From Bigelowiella natans CCMP2755 (taxonomy: Eukaryota > Protista > Cercozoa), in the NCBI GenBank assembly GCA_000320545.1, contig ADNK01001130.1, positions 1 through 64,000 of the forward strand: a stretch of 64,000 nt of DNA, in the 5' to 3' direction. Each line of letters starts with the position of its first letter. Position 1 is the stretch's first letter. The position numbers were made by a program, and so were the translations under genes. The notes under the pieces are model-generated. The model ran no database searches and was not told the DNA's origin. It saw nothing but the letters and a program-made list of their open reading frames with translations. Positions 22,601 to 32,408 of the stretch are shown piece by piece.

Positions 22601-24602
22601 TCTTGCCGGGGTTCTTCTTCCGTAGCTCGGTAGGTGTAGGTAGCTTGTTGTCCGCTAGGTCCATAAACTCTAACGCATTAACGCTTGACTCAGAGGTCCA
22701 CTCGTCAAGCCGTATCATGTTCTGGCTGATGGTCCTGCCTGACTTCTTTGGCAACTTAGCAAAGTATATCTTGTGATTGTAGAATGATATGATCCCCCCT
22801 AATTTTTCTAGGGCATCCTGTCCGAGGAGTAGTTCCATGGATAAAGTCATGGCTACTCGGGTCTTGATTTGGGTCTCCGCGTCGCTGCCAGGTATCTGTA
22901 GCTTTAGCATTAGCTCACCGACGGTCTTCATGGAAGAGCTTCCGTCTGCTTGAGCATATTTACGTTCTTTCTTAGTCACTTGATCCAATAGTCCTAACCT
23001 TCTTACTGTGCTTAGGCTTATGAAGGACTTCGGCATGCTGCCACTATCCCAAAGGGCAGGTAGTTTCTTGTAGTCTCCGTAGCTGTCTTTAACTTTAACC
23101 TTGGTCATAGCAACTTTGATAGTCCTGTTAGCGTCTTCGTCATTAATGTTGCATACTCCTAAGTTCTTTATGTCGTCTAGGGTCATGGGCTTGTCTTGGT
23201 CCTGCGTTGCTGGTACTGCTGTCTTCGTCGGCGCCTGCTTAAGGTGATCTAATATTCCGTTTATCTGCTGCTGTATAGCATTGATACTGTTCTGCTTTTT
23301 GTTCTTATATTTATTGTTCTTCCCGTTGTTGCTGCCTTGCCATTTGCTGTTGTTATATCCTTGTCCTCTGCCTTTCTTTCTCTTTAACTTCTCGTAGTGT
23401 TCGTTGAGCTGCCTGATCGTCATCCTGGGTCGTCCTTCTTTCCTGTCTCTGCAGTCTTTAGCGGTGTGTTTCCCTTTACGTGAGCAGTATCCGCAACGTC
23501 GGTTACCTTCCCTGTCCTTGTACCAGTCTCGCTGCGGCTTAATAGCGTTAATGTTTCCTATGCCAGGTACCTTAGGGCTGGTAAACTTGCGGTCCTGCTC
23601 CTGCTCGCGTAGGGATATAGCCTGCACTGCTGCCTCCATCGTGGTGTAGCCTTTCTCCGTAACGTAAGTGGATTCCTTTATCTTTAACTTGAACTCTTCA
23701 AACCTTGCCTGATCATCACCTGTGTTGTAATTAAAATCATGTAGTTCGTCGATCATATCCTGGAAGCGCGTGGCAAAGTCTCTAACAGGTTCTCTCTCAT
23801 GCTGCATCATTGCTCTGTATTTTCTAATAGCCTGGGGTAGGGAGTTAGCATCCTGTTCATTTACAAAAGCCTTCATTATCGCCTCAACGTCTCGTAGCCC
23901 ACTAACTGTAGTGTGTATTTTCTCTAGCTGCCTGATCCGGGTCCTGCCTGTCTCGTAAAGGTCCATGGCTTGCTTTATTATAGCTAGCCATTTGAGCTTG
24001 TCGTTTTCGGTGGGGTTAGGGGTAAAGTCGCAGAGTATACTCCTAGCGTTCTTCCACCACCTCCTTGCCTCACCTCTTTTCCCGTTGTATTTCGTTATCA
24101 TAACCGGTGCTGTTTTAACAGACATGAACTGGGTGTTCCGCTGTACCGGCTGCTGCTGCTTGACGGTGCTCTGGGTCGTCCCCCGCGAGGCGCCCAGACC
24201 CCCGTCGTTCCTAAACAAAGCTGCCCACTCTGGAGGTAAGTCTGCTTCGTAATCCATGATGTCCTGCATGATAGCTGCCCAAACATCATGTGTCTGATAC
24301 TTGTATTCTATCGATACTTTCAGTTTGGCGTAGTTGCTCGCCCTGGGTCGCAAGGCTCGTAATGCCATTACGACCTTCTTGCTTTCGGCGGCCACGTCCT
24401 CGTCGTCCGCCTCGTAGAAGTTCTCCAGTGCCTCTGCTGCTGCATCTGCTTTCTTAATCCCGGGTGCTGGTCCCGGCGGTGCCTGTGGAGGTGTTCCTCC
24501 TCCTTCCTTAGCGTCCGTATCGCCCTTCCTTTCCTGTTTCTGCTCGTGCCCTTGCACGGCCTGCGAGCCAAAGTCCTGCTGTTCTTCTAGCTGCTGTGAC
24601 AT
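19629..24602 (-). CDS. Gag-Pol polyprotein (1657 aa): Gag, zinc knuckle, aspartic protease, RT, RNase H, integrase, SH3/GPF-like module and a C-terminal Dam-like domain
   Basis: CGYCSRKGKHTAKDC; ALWDSGS; FPYGL and YVDD; LWTDWS and TDHKPL; H..H..CRC, QIDVY, HVDNE and SKVERLHR; DPFWGG..RHISHLKNY. No stop or frameshift. Confidence 0.95.
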   Translation of the reverse strand: MSQQLEEQQDFGSQAVQGHEQKQERKGDTDAKEGGGTPPQAPPGPAPGIKKADAAAEALENFYEADDEDVAAESKKVVMALRALRPRASNYAKLKVSIEYKYQTHDVWAAIMQDIMDYEADLPPEWAALFRNDGGLGASRGTTQSTVKQQQPVQRNTQFMSVKTAPVMITKYNGKRGEARRWWKNARSILCDFTPNPTENDKLKWLAIIKQAMDLYETGRTRIRQLEKIHTTVSGLRDVEAIMKAFVNEQDANSLPQAIRKYRAMMQHEREPVRDFATRFQDMIDELHDFNYNTGDDQARFEEFKLKIKESTYVTEKGYTTMEAAVQAISLREQEQDRKFTSPKVPGIGNINAIKPQRDWYKDREGNRRCGYCSRKGKHTAKDCRDRKEGRPRMTIRQLNEHYEKLKRKKGRGQGYNNSKWQGSNNGKNNKYKNKKQNSINAIQQQINGILDHLKQAPTKTAVPATQDQDKPMTLDDIKNLGVCNINDEDANRTIKVAMTKVKVKDSYGDYKKLPALWDSGSMPKSFISLSTVRRLGLLDQVTKKERKYAQADGSSSMKTVGELMLKLQIPGSDAETQIKTRVAMTLSMELLLGQDALEKLGGIISFYNHKIYFAKLPKKSGRTISQNMIRLDEWTSESSVNALEFMDLADNKLPTPTELRKKNPGKTIRQITELLDKTPPADDWDIDKGKKYINKILNEKYSDITKPTTKPSSKLTPVKIELKKGYEECIINDPEHRRPEADWEKIEWQINEWAKEGKIEPSNSPWNVRHVLAKKPTYPFFRLAHNFIRHNRVIKRIQTPTPRIDDVIEHVIGYKYYSSLDKNESYMQTPIHKTSRPITAFSSRHRKWHFVVFPYGLSISGDAFSSQNYRAYTHDGMASVLWVFVFVYVDDDIICTNTVVAQIFLLENIFIRFAHFGFTIRLQKCTFLATRIKWCGYYLEQGRITPNPEKVAALQQAPKPKNAKELKSFLQTAAWILRRFSPTYARTAAAFTTAYRKENSVGLSFAKVWAKAGLDAHFDNLIKLCSNTLLNAKLDTTRPATLWTDWSKLGMAAVLTQDQQIIRVWGRACTAAEAKYSPTKGEYKAMTEAQRKLRYYLLSVPSFTLMTDHKPLLGIDRKLEAPNDEYAAMRADTEEFRDKRTVVYAPGDKQLADYFSRLFEKKVHTQVTPMVNAITFEDGDFLPEPVELQHLQEHLDKYKHKHEVLSDRIYVYTNNVRRTYVPRRTRGALLFTAHGPAHVGENHITALLYHYYWPYKLKEIRTYLRGCRCSSLKAAGVATKESSKSRASKKIKARNFLDIVQIDVYKYDGYHYLTFVDVATGKCWVKKIIKVNVAKKNKGLYKQRLTNCYRTWESELQAIPDEVSINKIPKKLHVDNETSLLQLPHPNIDASPVYYAQSNSKVERLHRTLANLSRINSTTPDKIQGLVNDTFTSGGGIKDKEREEGDDNDDDTESEDEKVPYDGRVLKEGQYVRAKVNLRSRNKQDPFWGGVAKVTERKGRKQYYIYDGNRVTLRHISHLKNYDIGEKLLEDVKVNPTVWERAMPCLGPRPKFDVEYGNNKVRVNDDWRMKIVYLGYPGLRNMERVAMKIKDGKYQLLYLAVPDLPFEHWYKVLGDLDAEGWYGHEPKDEGEFWVSDKGDKVREESITWWLVKFRKR

Positions 24603-24618
24603 TGTTAGTCAAATCGTT

Positions 24619-24636
24619 TCCCGTGTGTGGAAGCCA
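24619..24636 (-). other. Primer-binding site (18 nt) complementary to a tRNA 3' end
   Basis: The + strand reads TC-CCGTG-TGTGGAA-G-CCA, matching T-stem 3' arm, acceptor 3' arm, discriminator G and CCA. It begins 5 nt after the 5' LTR. The tRNA species is not determined. Confidence 0.8.
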
Positions 24637-24641
24637 AAGGT

Positions 24642-24966
24642 TGTTGCGCGTAAGGTGTTCACAGGCCGAGGCGCTACGTGCACAAGTAGGCAGGGGGGGG
24701 GAAGGCACGTTTGCTTCCTTTTGAAGAGTTGTGTTTATTTTTATTAAAGATTATATTTTTATTAAATCGTGCACTGCGTAATCATTCGCGAAGCTTTCGC
24801 GAATGCCGCCGCACGTGGGGCAGCACACTTCCGGTGTGCTGCCATGAGTCCCGCCGGAACCCACGTGCCTATGCTGTATTAATATCTACGTTATCTATAT
24901 TCTATATCCGCGACAACCCCTTTGTTGTCGCACGTGACTTGTGCCCGCGTAGTGGTACGCGCTACA
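24642..24966 (-). repeat. 5' LTR (325 bp)
   Basis: Direct repeat of 19252-19577, lying 40 nt upstream of the gag ATG. Confidence 0.97.
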
Positions 24967-25872
24967 GTCATCGATACCCCCCCCAAATTGACCACATCCC
25001 ACCAAGCTCAACGTAATTTTGTATTTTAAAGGTATAGGTCTTTTCGAAATGTAAAATACATCTCGGAAATCGTGTGCTTGGATTGGGGGTTGATAGATCA
25101 TCAGACATCAAAAGGGGGGGTGCGGGGATGAGTCTCACACCACGTACCAGATCGGTTTGTGTGCTGAGAGGCTTTTGGGGTTGGCAAGTAATATTTTGGA
25201 TGGAAGATACGCCGATCTACCCCTGCGACTCAAAATCTAGCTCATTTTCTGACAGGAATGGCATGCATCTAGATCCTCATTTTTCTGGTCTGTCGCACAT
25301 CCCATTGGGCTGAAATTAGTGCCTGCGACATCTGCGGTGTTCGTGACGTACATCCCAACTCCAGCGCCGACAAATTCTTCTTCTTTCACTTGGAGCGCAC
25401 AACTTCTCGGGGTGGCGTTCCAGAAAGTCGTTCGGTGATATGAGTCGTAAAAAGTCCATGGAAGAGTTTATGGATAAAATCCGTCGGAAATGCAACATTT
25501 TAGATCTAGATCTACGTGTTGGAGCCGATGAATTTTGGCCGTTTAATTGCCCCAGATGCCCAAACGCCAAACGCTAGTTCCGGTACCCATCTTTTTTCGG
25601 CTAGAATTCAGTATGAGTTTTTCTTGTGCGACATGCAATGTAAGTTGTCTCTTGGAAAAATAGCCAACTCAGTGTCTCCAAATACCCCCATCCGATCCTT
25701 TCGACTTGCGTTGTATCAACAAAACTCAGAACGTCTCTCACCCCGAAGGCCTTTTCAGCAATGATGAAGACCACACTATCATAGAAGAGATTTTCTTCAT
25801 CATAGTCTCACGTAGCACACTATGCTTAGGCATAACGAACATTAAGCAAACGAAAGAAAAAGGATCCCCGGA

Positions 25873-26899
25873 ATGGGAACTGTAAAAGAGGTCTTGATAG
25901 ATTGAATTCAAGCTAATGGGAAGGGGAAAATTGTGTTCAAACTGCAGGGAAAAATTGAATCTATTCTCAATTCATAATTCAGTGTTCGCCATTCTTCCAT
26001 CTCAGAACAAAGAATGTCGCCTTTTGGTATGCCTCGATGGATCCGAGATGAGGCAAGCATCTACTGTCTCTGAAGAAAGTACAGGCTAATTTAAACCACA
26101 TTTTCTTCCAGCAAAGTCGTCCTTGATTGGGTTACAATACACATGAAGAATATTGCTACCAAGGTATCGATAGCTCAGATATCGATAGCATTGCGAAACC
26201 AACCATTTATCTGCAGGTGTCCCTGGTCCATGTTGTAGAATACCCTCTCACAAACGTAGTTCCAGCGGCAGATTTTGGATTGGACTTCGACATGTAGATT
26301 TTTACCTTTCCACACTAGCAAAATTCAAAGATTAAACCAACACACCCTAGCCCGCGAATATCCACTTTGCGTGAATGTAACTAAAATACAGAAAATTTAA
26401 ATGTATGAAACCATGAAGGGATTATGAACATGTCAAGTAAATGGTATATAACTTATTTTGAAAAGTATCTTTGTTTCGACACTAGTATCTTCTATGCGGA
26501 AAATGAAACAGGCTGCGCTGAAGAAAGGACAAGAGTATTTGAAAAAATGCACAGAGTTTTTGAAGGAGAAAAGTAACAATTTACCCGTTAATTGTTTAGT
26601 GATATAGATAAATCTTAATATTTTTCCATAATACAGATTTTCCTGTATCCATTGTAAAGATTATAACATTGAACCCACCTTCAAGTTCCGTCAAAATCGC
26701 ACTCTGTGAATACTCCAATGAAGTCCAACCAGATGTCATAGTTTGTGGCAGCAGAGGTCTAGGATACATGGGTCGTACGTTCCTGGGGTCAGTATCTGAC
26801 TATCTAGTTCACAACGCAAAGTGCACTGTGATGGTGGTTAAGGATGAATTTTCGAGTAAACAACCGGAAAAAGATGATGGAACAGAAAGTATGACATAA
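25873..26899 (+). CDS. Universal stress protein (UspA domain)
   Basis: Spliced MGT|NKECRLLVCLDGSEMS|KVVLDW..|VSLVHVVEY..; the last exon DVIVCGSRGLGYMGRTFLGSVSDYLVHNAKCTVMVVK is the USP signature. Confidence 0.92.
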
Positions 26900-27872
26900 A
26901 GTAGAGAACGTTCGTATATAGCATTTTTAGGGCATGCAATAATTCATCACGTGAGCATGGTTAAAACCGAATAAGGATGACATTCGTTGCCCCGTCGTCC
27001 CATGAACGATATTATTGATCAGCGAGGCCGAGCGAGAACGAAAGTGGTGCTTGCATATTTACCACGCTTTAGCATCATGTGCACATAGGTAGATAGTCTA
27101 GATGGTCTAGATGTATGGGCAGTGCTGCAAGTGTAAACTTAGCATCATGCAGCGCAGCCCCTTTTACGTTCGATGCGATCGTCTTGTTAAGAGCTTTCAG
27201 CAAAGTGTAGCAACGCTAGAACGACAAGTCGCTCAAAAATCAACATGAGTTCCCATTTGTCTATTCCAGTGTTCTGCATGTACCTAGGTACGTCTAGATG
27301 TTTTCTCATCACCTCAACCATTCTATGCCATGCTAGCATGTGCGAAACGAGCTGGTGGGAACGCTACATCTGGGATGCATGGTCTGCACGGCACGGTAGA
27401 ATGTACCAGCCGCCGTTCCCTCTACAACGACTACATAAGTCGATGCTCATTCGAGCGCACAATGCGCATCATTACGCTCGCACGTCGATCGTAACATGCC
27501 GCCATTGACGCCTAAGCAAGACATGATGATCTAGCTAGCTAGTGTCAAAAAAGAATAAAGGTAGGGACAGAGGGACCCCATTCTACGCTAGTACGTCTAA
27601 TGAAGATAAGGGGATCTTCTATCGCGCTAAACGTGCGAGGCGCTCAACGAATACTCGCTAACAAATAAACTACAATGCACATGCAAGTCAAACAACCAAA
27701 GCTTTGCAAATGGTCAATGACTCTGAGTCATCCCACAATGCGAGCTCTGCACGTTGCACGCACGCTATGTGTGTGAAAGTTCAGGATTCAACGACAGCCA
27801 CGCAAGGCGTTATTGGTTTTTACAGCACGGAAGAACTTAAATGCTCTGCAAAATCAATCGCTGTCGCGCTTG

Positions 27873-29264
27873 CTAGTCATCAATGGTTTTGGTTATGTCC
27901 TGTACTTTGCAATCTAAAATTTCAACGTTTCCCCTTCCTTTTGTTGACGCAGAAACCAAATCAGATATGCTCCGATAAGCCCCAGGATCTATACGCGCGG
28001 TCTACATAAGCCAAAACATACTTAAAAGTTGATTTCGGATTATTTTAGGCCTTATGCACTACCAACTCATAGTCGAAGTCCCAGTTTTCGTTTTCTGTTG
28101 TGCTTAACAAGGGCGTAACGGCCTTTTTGACATCTTTCGCGTTCTTTTCTGGAATGCCCAGCCGAATACGCATCTGTGCCCTTTCAATTGGCAATTGCTG
28201 ATAGATGTATGGTGTCAGATATTTTATAAATGCAAATGTAAATATGATAATCTCTGGATATTTTCCAAATGACATCAATATACTCTTGAGAAGGCGTATT
28301 CATATGTGCATGTTTGAATGTCAATTATGTTTTCAAAAAATTCAGAGAGTGCTGCAGGAACCTTCTTCAAGTCAGGAATAAGTTCCAAAGCCTACAAATG
28401 CAAAGAATTGCAATTTACGCTGTTAAATAGTGCCACTGTTTTTGGCATATCATCATCATCATGATTATCATGATCTGATATCCTATCCTTCTTCTTCCTC
28501 TTTTTCTTCTTTATGCACCTCGGAAATCATTGATACTACCTGTTGTTTTGCACCTCGGTTTGGCTTCAGGGAAAACTTCAACTCCTTCATGGCGGTTTGA
28601 ATGATCGAAATCTATGAATCACGAAATCAAACGTCACGCGAGAGAACGTATTAAAATTTGCCTATGATAGAGATACCGGAAAGGGAAGGTTGTTGTCCGT
28701 GTTGATGCACTTATCAGCCACTATGGTTGCAATTTCATGGAGCTGAAGCAAACAGGATTGGAGTTGTAAGAAGGACAAATGTCGAGGTTCAAAGTTGATT
28801 TTATTTGAAATTTTATAGTATATTGGTTATGGCTGACCGTTTTCTCTGCCTCAGCTTTTCTTTCTTTTTGAGATACTTGAAGCTGGCCTGACTCTAGAAT
28901 CTGGAGGTATGATGTTGCATGAATGATGTGTAGACAAAAAGATGATGAGACAAGGCTGAAATTGATAATGATGATGATGATGACGACGATGACGACGGTA
29001 GCCCCCAATAATGATGATACTGGTAATTGTTACGTTTATGATAAAACTAATAAACCACAATACTCTGTTTCAAACCAGTATATACCGGTTATTGACATTT
29101 GGCGAGCTACATCAGAGACATCGCTATGCGTATGAACTTAAAAACATAAACGTCTAGAACATACCATTTTGCACACTTCAGTTTGGTCAGTTGTACCAAA
29201 GCATCTATCCAAGTCCTTGTCTGTCATGAAGACCACGAAATCGGCAGAAACATGGAGGAGTAAG

Positions 29265-29344
<80 letters not shown>

Positions 29345-29767
29345 AGGAAAGAGGAAGATATCCGTGGATTATTAGTTGTATTTCGTTGTAGGCTCCTGGT
29401 ATGCAGATTAGCCACCAAAAGAATTTGAGTGAAATTGCCCTCACTTTTGGCAAGAGTTCCTTTTGACACATTCGTGAAAACACTGTGAGCTTGAAGCACC
29501 TCATCTATATCTTTTTCCCTAATCACATCAACATTAGGGATGCAAAGATGATGATACTCTTTCGTTTATTCTGACGTACACTTTATTCCTCCATGAGATC
29601 ACTTTGTTCTTGTAGCATGCGATCTCGAACCTGCAAGTCACGTACACCATCGCATTAAGTACGACCCACGTAAATAACGCAAATATTTATTTATACCTCT
29701 TTCCCTTCTTCTTTAACCGCACAATGGCGACATTCGTTAGCCGGACTTGATTTACGGGCGTGAACAT
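27873..29767 (-). CDS. SBDS: Ribosome maturation factor SBDS/Sdo1
   Basis: MFTPVNQVRLTNVAIVRLKKKGKR|FEIACYKNKV; DIDEVLQAHSVFTNVSKG; GQLQVSQKER; LPIERAQMRIR; IDPGAYR..KGRGNVEILD..IDD*. Confidence 0.95.
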
Positions 29768-30052
29768 CCTCTCTGGGGGAGGGTTCGTCCTTCCTGGAAA
29801 CTTCTGTTCTTGGAGCACCAGAAAAACATGAAAAGCGTGGGCTATTTTACCTATGCGACACATAAATAATGCATGTCATTTTCATGCCGTTCGGGGGCTC
29901 CGACAGTCCGTGCAACTGGGAAATAACTGAAAAATGTGCGGTCATATTCGACTCTACGTACTACCAAAGCTGCTTTTAACCTCTTCTTCGATTGCTGCTG
30001 CTGCTGCTGTGTCCTGTTGATCAGATGTATCGCTTTTGCTGAAAATATGGGG

Positions 30053-30137
30053 GGATTTCCTGGGAAATCCTGATTTCCTGAGGATTTCAGGATTTCCTTG
30101 GATTTACCTGATTTCCTGGTGACTTCCTAGGACTTCC
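30053..30137. promoter_or_regulatory. Cluster of ~9 GATTTCC-like motifs in a divergent promoter
   Basis: GGATTTCCTGGGAAATCC-TGATTTCC-GGATTTC-GGATTTCC-GGATTTACC-GATTTCC-GACTTCC-GGACTTCC, between the SBDS and ATP-grasp start codons. Regulatory function is inferred only. Confidence 0.4.
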
Positions 30138-30425
30138 GTGCGTTTGAAAATTCAACTGTGCACTACCTGTACTCACTAGATCTAACCCTAATAATAACCC
30201 TAGTAGATCTATCTACTGGAGTATCGCATCGCCTACCCACTCCAGACAACCAAATTCGTTAGGATGATCATCGCGGATAAAAGTAGTGGGTTTTCTTGGT
30301 ACGTCAAAACTGATCTCACTCGAAAGAAGCGGAAATGATAATCAGATAAGCACTTTCCGGAATCATCTCGAATGTGATCGGAAGACGCGCTTCTGTCCGG
30401 CACAAACCAAACGTACATCCTCTAA

Positions 30426-31556
30426 ATGGGAACGATCTACAACACAACGCTACCTACGCTGCTTGACCAACCCTCGAAGCCTCGAGGCAAGATTACTCTA
30501 ATTGAGTGTCGAGGCGGGAGCGATAAGAATGCTGACGGGCATCGCGGAGACACAATCCCGATCTGCAATGCAATTATCAAGCTTGGTTGGCAGTGTAAAC
30601 CGATCTTCTATTGTGATAAGGACTACAAAATGGTAGAGAAGGAGATCCTGTCATCTCAGGGCTACATCTGTCGGGTAAATCCAGGTACCTACGAAGGCGT
30701 GACCCAAAGTAAGTTGAATACATTGCTCAATGAAGCGGTAAGGAAAGGCATCAAAGGCATGTCAAGCCCAGAATCCATGAAGAAGATGGGCGCTAAAGAT
30801 GCTCTTGTGAGGATTCGAAACCTTCGTTGCGGGTTGAGGGACACGAACGCGTACTACACTCTGAAGGAGCTTGAGGAAGGCTTCTCGCGAAGTATGGCCG
30901 GTGGCAATATGCGCGTTCTAAAACAAAACCGTGGTTCTCAAGGAGAGGGAATATGGGTGTGTTCCTTGAAGGAGGGACAGATAAAAAAAGTTAAAAACGG
31001 TAGCTGCCCACCTGATACGGTACTTTGCCTACAGGAAGCAGTCGATAACCACAAAGAAGAGAAAACCTTAGCGGAATTTACTAAATTCTGCAATAAATAC
31101 CTCGAGGGTGATGAAGGCCAACTCGTTGACCAGCGCTTCTTGCCACGTATTAAGGAAGGAGAAGTGAGAGCATTAATGATCGGAGATAACCCCATTGAGC
31201 TAATTCACAAGAAGCCGGCATGTGGAGGCATCTCCGCAACCTTAAAGTCGGGCGCAGAGTATGTGCGGTATGCACCAACTGATCAGAAGTTTGCTCTTCT
31301 CATGGAATATTTCAAAGAAGATCTTCCAAAACTCATGAACGCCCTTGACATAGGCGAGGAGCTACCTTTGATCTGGACTGTTGACTTCATTCCAGGACCA
31401 AAGAAGGGCGGTCACGACACCTTCCTTGTCGGAGAATTCAATTGTTCATGTGTTGGCATAACGAAACAACTGGATCTAGCCAGCCTTGTTGGGAAGACTG
31501 CAATTACAATCTGCAGTGGCGGCCAGGCACTGATAGGCTCTGAGAAACACTACTAA
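30426..31556 (+). CDS. Intronless ATP-grasp protein, Cj0069-family-like
   Basis: 376-aa ORF with GGSDKNADGHRGDT, RVNPG, MGAKDALV, RVLKQNRGSQGEGIW, DQRFLPRIKEGEVR, HKKP..GGISATL, LPLIWTVDFI and GEFNCSCVG, recalled as motifs of bacterial Cj0069-family proteins. Confidence 0.85.
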   Translation: MGTIYNTTLPTLLDQPSKPRGKITLIECRGGSDKNADGHRGDTIPICNAIIKLGWQCKPIFYCDKDYKMVEKEILSSQGYICRVNPGTYEGVTQSKLNTLLNEAVRKGIKGMSSPESMKKMGAKDALVRIRNLRCGLRDTNAYYTLKELEEGFSRSMAGGNMRVLKQNRGSQGEGIWVCSLKEGQIKKVKNGSCPPDTVLCLQEAVDNHKEEKTLAEFTKFCNKYLEGDEGQLVDQRFLPRIKEGEVRALMIGDNPIELIHKKPACGGISATLKSGAEYVRYAPTDQKFALLMEYFKEDLPKLMNALDIGEELPLIWTVDFIPGPKKGGHDTFLVGEFNCSCVGITKQLDLASLVGKTAITICSGGQALIGSEKHY

Positions 31557-32408
31557 TTTCAATGTCTGCACATTTTCCCAATGTGCTTTGCATTCGTCGA
31601 TCAGTCTAGAGTCACGTCCAAGCCTGCTAGTTGCCAAATGTATAGATGCTGTTACTACTTATCCACTTACTAGTACGGGCACACTAGTTCTAAGCAGAAA
31701 CTAAAATCATGTCCAATTTTTTTAGAATCTTCAGAATGTAGCGCAACATGGCTAGCTTTGCATTGCTTGCGTGGTGCGAGTAGCATCGCTCATTGATGTT
31801 GAGGCCTTCACATGCTGTCTAACACAATTTTACTCATTTTTTTAGACATGGTACACGATTTGCTGTTGCTAACATTGTCACCCCAGCACACCTGGAACAT
31901 TCGCCTCACATTTGAATACCAATCATAGCCGGTGGTTCACACGCTAGTACGTACATCATGACATGCTAGCGTGCTGATAAGTCTGTTCTAGCACATGGGC
32001 GGGGCGCACGTCGATCTATAGCTAGAGACATTTTTTTGGTACATTTTTGCAGCATTCTAGCATTGTACCTTTGTGACGCATGCGTACTACACGAATAAAT
32101 CACAAAATGCGGCATAGCTAGATAGTCCCGCACGCCATCGTAGCCGCGCTAGCGCGTACTGCATGTACACATGTACGTCGACATCTAAAACTACGTGATG
32201 AAATGCGTCACAACATCTCTAGATCTAGACATGTTTGATTGCGTTCATTCAATTACTACTGTACAAAAAATTATGACGAGGAAACAATGTGTTCGATTGG
32301 TGCCCCCTCCGCTTCGACTGAGTACATTGCTGCAAATGCTTTCCAGCCACTGTGAAACCGGAATCGAAGATACTGCGCGTTAAACTAAAAGCATAGTATA
32401 AACTGTGC

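Larger units (their letters stand above)
19252..24966 (-). mobile_element. Complete Ty3/Gypsy (Metaviridae) LTR retrotransposon, 5715 bp, 4-bp TSD GTCA
   Basis: Two LTRs bounded by TG..CA. TSD GTCA at 19248-19251 and 24967-24970. PBS and PPT present, and a single intact gag-pol ORF in PR-RT-RH-IN order. Confidence 0.97.

Noticed and set aside
24629-24720. Tf1-type self-priming (PBS ACCTTTGGCTTCC versus LTR GGAAGCAAACGT)
   Set aside because: The pairing is imperfect and the PBS fits an 18-nt tRNA 3' end well; at most a U5-PBS hairpin.
24971-25800. Possible DNA transposon/MITE next to the 5' LTR
   Set aside because: No terminal inverted repeats, TSD or transposase remnant could be identified.
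30053-30137. CRISPR array or NF-kB sites
   Set aside because: The units are 7-10 bp with no spacers in eukaryotic DNA; the kB resemblance is superficial and there is no evidence for Rel proteins.
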